64,000 nucleotides of DNA, taken from an uncultured Bacteroidales bacterium. GTDB taxonomy: Bacteria; Bacteroidota; Bacteroidia; Bacteroidales; UBA10428. The notes under the pieces were generated by a model that saw only the letters and a list, made by a program, of their open reading frames with translations, made no database searches and was not told where the DNA came from. The stretch lies in the NCBI GenBank assembly GCA_964406315.1, contig CAYORG010000002.1, positions 11,286-75,285 on the forward strand, written 5' to 3'. Of this stretch, positions 58,508-64,000 are shown one piece after another; position 1 is the first letter of the stretch, and each line of letters opens with the position of its first letter. A program made the position numbers and the translations under genes.

Positions 58508-59871
58508 AATTGATAAATGGAAATATCGATCAGATCTTTAAGGAGAGTTTATCTGACGTAAATGTTACTCCCCCTGATGAGATATGGGACAGAATAGAAA
58601 ATGATCTCGTTTTCCATAAAAAAAGACGGGTAATACCAGCATTTCTCAAACTTGCGGCTGTTGTATTGTTATTGTTTGGAGGTATCGGATTGATCCTGAA
58701 ATTCTCTGACAAGAAAACAGATTATAAGCAAGTAGTTGAAGATATAAAAACGCCTGTTGAAATACTTAAAAATGAAAGTGTTGCCTCAAAAAGTACTGTC
58801 ATAACAGGTGAAGAACAATATCCTAGTTCCTCAAATCAGCGAAAAAAGAAGGCCATTATTAACGAAACAGAAATAGCTCAACCAGAAATTGCTCAGGAGA
58901 ATATTTTTGCTGACAAAGAAGAACCTTTCATTCCGGAAAATACTACTCTGATTCATACTCAGGTTGCTCATAATGCTGATATCAGCAATATGTATCTTAA
59001 TGAAGAATCTGAGATGGAAATGACAGGTATTTATGCAACTCAAGCTGTCCCTGTTTATTATTCCCCAAGGACCAATTCATACAATTCATTGTATGCTGAA
59101 GAAATAAATTCAACAAAGGACCATAACCTTCAATGGTCGATTGGCGGTCAGGCAGGTCCTCAATATTCATACAGGGAAGTATTTGTAAATGATGCTGGCT
59201 ATCAAAACATAGATCTGGATGAATATGAATCAGGTATGGTGACTTATGCAGGTGGCGTGAATGTTCGGCTAGGTGCTTCAAAAAGGTTTACAGTGCAATC
59301 TGGCGTGTATTATTCGAAAATAGGAACCAATAAGGCAGAAATTTTAGCAGTCAGAACCGATAATTTCGATCCTAAAGAATTCATTGAGAATGCTTGGTTT
59401 GAAAATGTACCTTCTGACATAGCAAATTCAACCGGAAGTTTTACTTATGATGACAGGACCGCTCCCTATACTCAGTTTGATGAAGCCAATATTGAATATA
59501 GAAAAGGGGAGAATATTGTTCAGGAATGTTTTGAATACATTGAAATTCCATTTATAATTCGTTATAAAATCGTTGACCGCAAACTGGGTATTGATTTGAA
59601 TGGAGGACTTTGGACAAATTTCCTTATCGATTTTGATGCAACTTCCACTTCAGGCAATACAGTGAATTTAACCCCGGAACCTGATCATGTCAATAAAATT
59701 AATTATAGTGGCTCACTGGGCATTGGTTTTGATTATCCTGTAACCTCTAATATTTTAATTAATCTAGAACCTGTTTTTAAGTATTACCTAACGCCTATTA
59801 ATAAAATTGAAGAAACTGAAGTCCATCCTTATACCTTTGGTATAATGACAGGTATACGATATTCTTTTTAA
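58504..59871 (+). CDS. Putative anti-sigma factor: short cytoplasmic N-terminus, single TM, linker, and a C-terminal outer-membrane-type beta-barrel domain
   Basis: ATGA overlap with the sigma gene. TM segment IPAFLKLAAVVLLLFGGIGLIL. The C-terminal ~250 aa have alternating beta pattern and end in GIRYSF. Confidence 0.6.
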   Translation: MKLINGNIDQIFKESLSDVNVTPPDEIWDRIENDLVFHKKRRVIPAFLKLAAVVLLLFGGIGLILKFSDKKTDYKQVVEDIKTPVEILKNESVASKSTVITGEEQYPSSSNQRKKKAIINETEIAQPEIAQENIFADKEEPFIPENTTLIHTQVAHNADISNMYLNEESEMEMTGIYATQAVPVYYSPRTNSYNSLYAEEINSTKDHNLQWSIGGQAGPQYSYREVFVNDAGYQNIDLDEYESGMVTYAGGVNVRLGASKRFTVQSGVYYSKIGTNKAEILAVRTDNFDPKEFIENAWFENVPSDIANSTGSFTYDDRTAPYTQFDEANIEYRKGENIVQECFEYIEIPFIIRYKIVDRKLGIDLNGGLWTNFLIDFDATSTSGNTVNLTPEPDHVNKINYSGSLGIGFDYPVTSNILINLEPVFKYYLTPINKIEETEVHPYTFGIMTGIRYSF

Positions 59872-59953
59872 TATCTGAATTCAAGAATACTTATCGGTAA
59901 TTGTCTAATTTTGCCATAAGAAGAGTAATACTGAAATCTGAAAATTATTTATT

Positions 59954-60886
59954 ATGGCAAATGCGCGTGGATTTAATAAAATGTCATCCAATTACATTGT
60001 TGTTGCAAGCATTCTGGGAATACTTATTATTACAGTATCTTTTTCTGCTTTTAAAACAAACCTCATCAACCAATCCGATTCTAACTTAATAGTTACGTCT
60101 CCTTTTCTTCCGGAGAATGTAGAATTTTGCGGAGAAAATGTACCCTTGCAATACTACGATGTTTTTGAAAGTCTTGAAAAGGAAATTATTATCAATACAT
60201 ACTACCATTCACAAACCATGCTTTTCATTAAAAAGGCCAACCGGTATTTTCCGGTTATCGAAACTATATTAAGGAAAAACAATATTCCGGATGATTTTAA
60301 ATATTTGGCTATCGCTGAAAGTGGATTATCAAATGTGGTTTCTCCTGCAGGGGCTACCGGATTCTGGCAAATACTTGAAGAGACAGCCAAAGAATATGGC
60401 CTCGAAGTTACTGATGAAGTTGATGAACGCTATCATTTGGAAAAAGCCTCTGACGCGGCCTGTGATTTTTTAAAAAAATCTTACGAAAGATATAACAACT
60501 GGATCCTGGTTGCCGCTTCATACAATGCGGGGCGTAGGGGTGTGGACAGACAAATTGATAAACAGGGAGAAAGTGATTATTTTGATCTCTTATTCAATGA
60601 AGAAACTGCCCGTTACGTTTACAGAATAATTGCAATAAAATTAATACTTGAAAATCCTGATGTTTATGGGTTTAATCTTACAAAAGATGAACTGTATAAG
60701 CCTTCGCGATATAAAGTAGTTACAATTTCAGATTCTGTAGATGACTGGGGAGAATTTGCGAGAATGAATGGAACGAATTACAAAATGCTGAAGTTTTTAA
60801 ATCCCTGGCTAAGAGATAAAATGCTAACCAATAAAACCAAAAAAGAATACCTTATTAAAATTCCTACCACGAGAATTATGAATTAA
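59954..60886 (+). CDS. Lytic transglycosylase (SLT domain) protein
   Basis: AIAESGLSNVVSPAGATGFWQILEETAKEYGL and AASYNAG. It has an N-terminal anchor. Confidence 0.8.
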   Translation: MANARGFNKMSSNYIVVASILGILIITVSFSAFKTNLINQSDSNLIVTSPFLPENVEFCGENVPLQYYDVFESLEKEIIINTYYHSQTMLFIKKANRYFPVIETILRKNNIPDDFKYLAIAESGLSNVVSPAGATGFWQILEETAKEYGLEVTDEVDERYHLEKASDAACDFLKKSYERYNNWILVAASYNAGRRGVDRQIDKQGESDYFDLLFNEETARYVYRIIAIKLILENPDVYGFNLTKDELYKPSRYKVVTISDSVDDWGEFARMNGTNYKMLKFLNPWLRDKMLTNKTKKEYLIKIPTTRIMN

Positions 60887-60940
60887 TTCTCAATAATAAA
60901 GCATTATGTATATCAGGTATTGACGGAAAATTAACTGATC

Positions 60941-63772
60941 ATGGAACCGGAGAAAGAAATAAGAGTCTATGGTGCCCGCGTGCATAATCTCAAAAATATT
61001 GATGTTGCCATTCCGCGTAATCAACTTACAGTGATAACAGGTCTTAGCGGGAGTGGTAAATCCTCCTTGGCTTTCGACACTATTTATGCTGAAGGTCAAA
61101 GAAGGTATATCGAAACATTATCAGCTTATGCAAGACAATTTCTGGGCAATATGGAACGTCCGGATGTTGATAAAATTACCGGTCTGAGCCCTGTGATCAG
61201 TATTGAGCAAAAAACCACCAACAAAAACCCCAGATCTACAGTTGGCACTACCACAGAAATATACGATTTCATGCGACTTTTATTTGCACGTGCAGGAATT
61301 GCATACTCATACAATACGGGCAAAAGAATGGTTCGATATACCGATGAACAGATCATTGAATTGATTATCAAAAATTTCGAAAATAAAAAAATCTTCCTGC
61401 TCGCCCCGGTAATTAAAGGCAGGAAAGGTCATTATAAAGAACTTTTCGAGCAAATCTTAAGAAAAGGCTTTCTGTATGTACGAATTGATGGCAATATTAC
61501 TGAAATAAGGCACGGCTTGCGTGTTGACAGATATAAAACTCACAATATTGAGATTGTAATTGATAAATTCGATATTCAATCTTCGGATAAAAAAAGATTG
61601 CGCGATTCTGTTATTACTGCTATGCATCATGGAAAAAATACGATCATGTTACTGGAAAAAGACAGTAATGATAGTAAATATTTCAGCCGACAATTGATGT
61701 GCCCTTCATCCGGAATAGCATATGATGAACCGGCGCCACATTCGTTTTCTTTTAACTCTCCCCTGGGGGCATGCCCTGAGTGCAATGGTTTAGGAACTAT
61801 CAATCAGATTGATATGAACAAAATCATTCCCAATACATCTTTAAGTATTAAGCAAGGCGGAATTGAACCCTTGGGCAAATACAGAAACACACTCATATTC
61901 TGGCAACTGGAAGCCATTGGAAAAAAATACGGGTTTACCATCAATACGATGATTAAAAATATTCCGGAAGAAGCTCTGAAAATTATTCTTTACGGTTCTG
62001 AGGAATCATTTAAACTTGAAAACACTCCTTTGGGTATAAACTCAAATTACTTTCTGAGTTTTGAAGGCGTGGTAAATTATATACATAACCTGCAGATAAA
62101 TAACGGCAACGGTTCAGGTCAGGAATCAAACTGGGCGAATCAGTTTATTCAAAAAACAATATGTCCGGTATGTAATGGTCACCGATTAAAGAAGGAATCC
62201 CTCTTTTTTAAAATTCATGATAAAAACATAGCCGAACTGGCTGAGATGGATATCAACGAACTTGCCCGATGGTTTGAAAATGTAGAACAGTTTCTGGATG
62301 AAAAACAACAGAAGATTGCTGCCGAAGTACTAAAAGAATTGCGCACAAGAATCCGGTTTTTGCTGGATGTCGGCCTGGGATATCTTTCGCTTAACCTGCC
62401 ATCACGAAGCTTGTCGGGTGGTGAAAGTCAGAGAATCAGGCTGGCAACCCAAATCGGATCTCAACTCGTAAATGTGCTTTATATTCTTGATGAACCAAGT
62501 ATCGGACTCCATCAATATGACAACGTAAAATTGATACAGGCACTGAAAGCGCTTCGCGATGCCGGCAATTCAATTGTAGTTGTTGAACATGACAAAGAAA
62601 TGATAGAATCCGCTGATTACCTGGTTGATATGGGACCCTTTGCCGGCATTCACGGTGGAGAAATTGTGTCGGCCGGAATTCCTATGGCAGTAAAACAATC
62701 AGATAGCCTTACGGCCCGCTATTTGCGAGGTGAAGAAAAAATTGAAGTTCCCGAAATCCGCAGAAAAGGAAACAATCAATTTATTGAATTAAACGGAGCC
62801 AGAGGACACAATCTGAAAAACGTAACCGTGAAGTTTCCTTTGGGTTTATTTATTTGTATTACAGGAGTTTCAGGCAGCGGCAAATCCTCGCTTATTAATG
62901 AAACATTATATCCTGCGCTGAGTAAACATTTGTACCGTTCAAACAAGGAAATTCTTCCCTATTCTGAAATCAGGGGATTAGATTATATTGATAAGGTAAT
63001 TGATGTTGATCAATCACCCATCGGAAGAACTCCAAGGTCTAATCCCGCTACATATACAGGTGTATTTTCTGATATTCGAAATATTTTTTCTCAAACAACT
63101 GAAGCGAAGATACGCGCTTATAAGCCCGGAAGATTCTCATTCAATGTAAAAGGTGGCAGATGTGAGACCTGTCAGGGAGCAGGTGTGCAGACGATTGAAA
63201 TGAATTTTTTGCCTGATGTATATACAGAATGCAAAGAATGTTCAGGGAAACGTTATAACCGGGAGACACTGGAAGTAAAATATAAGGGACAAAATATTAA
63301 TGAGGTATTGGAAATGACTGTGAATCAAGCCTATGATTTTTTTAAATCCATTCCAAAAATCCATAAAAAATTGAATGCACTTAAGAAAGTGGGGTTAGGC
63401 TACATAAAGCTTGGTCAGCCATCAACTACTCTCTCAGGTGGTGAATCACAACGTATCAAACTTGCAGCGGAACTGGCTAAGAGAGATACAGGCAAAACAC
63501 TTTATATTTTGGACGAACCTACAACAGGTCTGCATTTCGAAGATATTCGTGTTCTTCTTTCCGTGCTTCAGCATCTTGTTAATCGGGGAAATACAATTAT
63601 GATCATTGAGCATAATCTTGATGTGATAAAAGTCGCTGATTATATCATCGATCTTGGGAAAGAAGGAGGGCAAAAAGGAGGATCTGTGATTTGTGAAGGA
63701 ACTCCCGAAGAAATAATCAAGTGCAATTCCAGTTATACAGCACAAGTCCTGAAGAAAGAACTGACCTCATGA
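60941..63772 (+). CDS. uvrA: Excinuclease ABC subunit A
   Basis: Two ABC modules (GLSGSGKSSLAF and GVSGSGKSSLI), zinc-finger cysteines and LSGGESQRI twice. 943 aa. Confidence 0.97.
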   Translation: MEPEKEIRVYGARVHNLKNIDVAIPRNQLTVITGLSGSGKSSLAFDTIYAEGQRRYIETLSAYARQFLGNMERPDVDKITGLSPVISIEQKTTNKNPRSTVGTTTEIYDFMRLLFARAGIAYSYNTGKRMVRYTDEQIIELIIKNFENKKIFLLAPVIKGRKGHYKELFEQILRKGFLYVRIDGNITEIRHGLRVDRYKTHNIEIVIDKFDIQSSDKKRLRDSVITAMHHGKNTIMLLEKDSNDSKYFSRQLMCPSSGIAYDEPAPHSFSFNSPLGACPECNGLGTINQIDMNKIIPNTSLSIKQGGIEPLGKYRNTLIFWQLEAIGKKYGFTINTMIKNIPEEALKIILYGSEESFKLENTPLGINSNYFLSFEGVVNYIHNLQINNGNGSGQESNWANQFIQKTICPVCNGHRLKKESLFFKIHDKNIAELAEMDINELARWFENVEQFLDEKQQKIAAEVLKELRTRIRFLLDVGLGYLSLNLPSRSLSGGESQRIRLATQIGSQLVNVLYILDEPSIGLHQYDNVKLIQALKALRDAGNSIVVVEHDKEMIESADYLVDMGPFAGIHGGEIVSAGIPMAVKQSDSLTARYLRGEEKIEVPEIRRKGNNQFIELNGARGHNLKNVTVKFPLGLFICITGVSGSGKSSLINETLYPALSKHLYRSNKEILPYSEIRGLDYIDKVIDVDQSPIGRTPRSNPATYTGVFSDIRNIFSQTTEAKIRAYKPGRFSFNVKGGRCETCQGAGVQTIEMNFLPDVYTECKECSGKRYNRETLEVKYKGQNINEVLEMTVNQAYDFFKSIPKIHKKLNALKKVGLGYIKLGQPSTTLSGGESQRIKLAAELAKRDTGKTLYILDEPTTGLHFEDIRVLLSVLQHLVNRGNTIMIIEHNLDVIKVADYIIDLGKEGGQKGGSVICEGTPEEIIKCNSSYTAQVLKKELTS

Positions 63773-63857
63773 TCCGATTGTTAATTCTTGTAACTATGAT
63801 CCTTTGAAATTCGTTATATCTTTATCGAAACAGAAGAATTACTTAATGATATAATAT

Positions 63858-64000
63858 ATGTCGAGCAATGAAGATAAAATAAAACTGGCGTTTAAGACGA
63901 AAAACTGGAATGAGATCAAAACCTATGATAGTTGGAAGATCTTTAAGATCATGTCTGAATTTGTTGAAGGTTTTGAAAAACTTGCCAGGATAGGCCCTTG
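63858..64000 (+). CDS. LOG family / TIGR00730-type Rossmann protein, 5' part only (runs off the window)
   Basis: My translation MSSNEDKIKLAFKTKNWNEIKTYDSWKIFKIMSEFVEGFEKLARIGP matches the N-terminal pattern of this family. Confidence 0.55.
   Translation, partial: MSSNEDKIKLAFKTKNWNEIKTYDSWKIFKIMSEFVEGFEKLARIGP

Noticed and set aside
1-64000. Search by eye for tRNA, rRNA, tmRNA, integrase, transposase, toxin-antitoxin or restriction-modification genes
   Set aside because: None recognised. No GTTCGAATC-type T-arm contexts turned up in the intergenic regions, and no ORF has recombinase, transposase or nuclease-methylase motifs. The only mobile-element hints are the repeat modules and the flanked GT cassette.

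Overview
AT-rich Bacteroidota-type chromosomal segment. Supporting signs are a SusC/SusD pair, a T9SS C-terminal sorting domain, TAnnTTTG -7 boxes and a ParC/ParE pair with typical Bacteroidota N-termini. Most of the window is housekeeping: aroA (partial), parC-parE, lysS, lipA-lipB, recJ, purE, hpt, adk-obg, dinB, mnmD-like, bcp, recA, lplA, pepT, uvrA and a partial LOG-family gene. Accessory content: (1) a beta-glucan (laminarin-type) polysaccharide utilisation locus at 27.6-38.5 kb, with SusC, SusD, a PKD-domain surface protein, GH16, a small lipoprotein and a divergent propeller/Y_Y_Y/LuxR one-component sensor; (2) a MacAB-like ABC efflux operon at 53.3-57.6 kb; (3) an ECF sigma factor with a downstream membrane-anchor/beta-barrel fusion protein; (4) a ComEA-like HhH/beta-barrel outer membrane protein next to a small barrel protein; (5) a membrane MutS-related ATPase translationally coupled to a split Rossmann-like gene; (6) a two-gene glycosyltransferase cassette (GT2 plus GT-C) bracketed by a duplicated copy of the parC 3' end. 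I saw no rRNA, tRNA, CRISPR array, transposase or integrase. Many intergenic regions carry hairpin-rich repeat modules, and one 83-nt module occurs twice with compensatory stem changes. No single system here is unambiguously novel. The best candidates for follow-up are the flanked GT cassette, the HhH/beta-barrel pair, the sigma/anchor-barrel pair, the split gene coupled to the MutS-like ATPase, and the structured repeat family. All homology calls come from reading the translated ORFs by eye. No database search was run.
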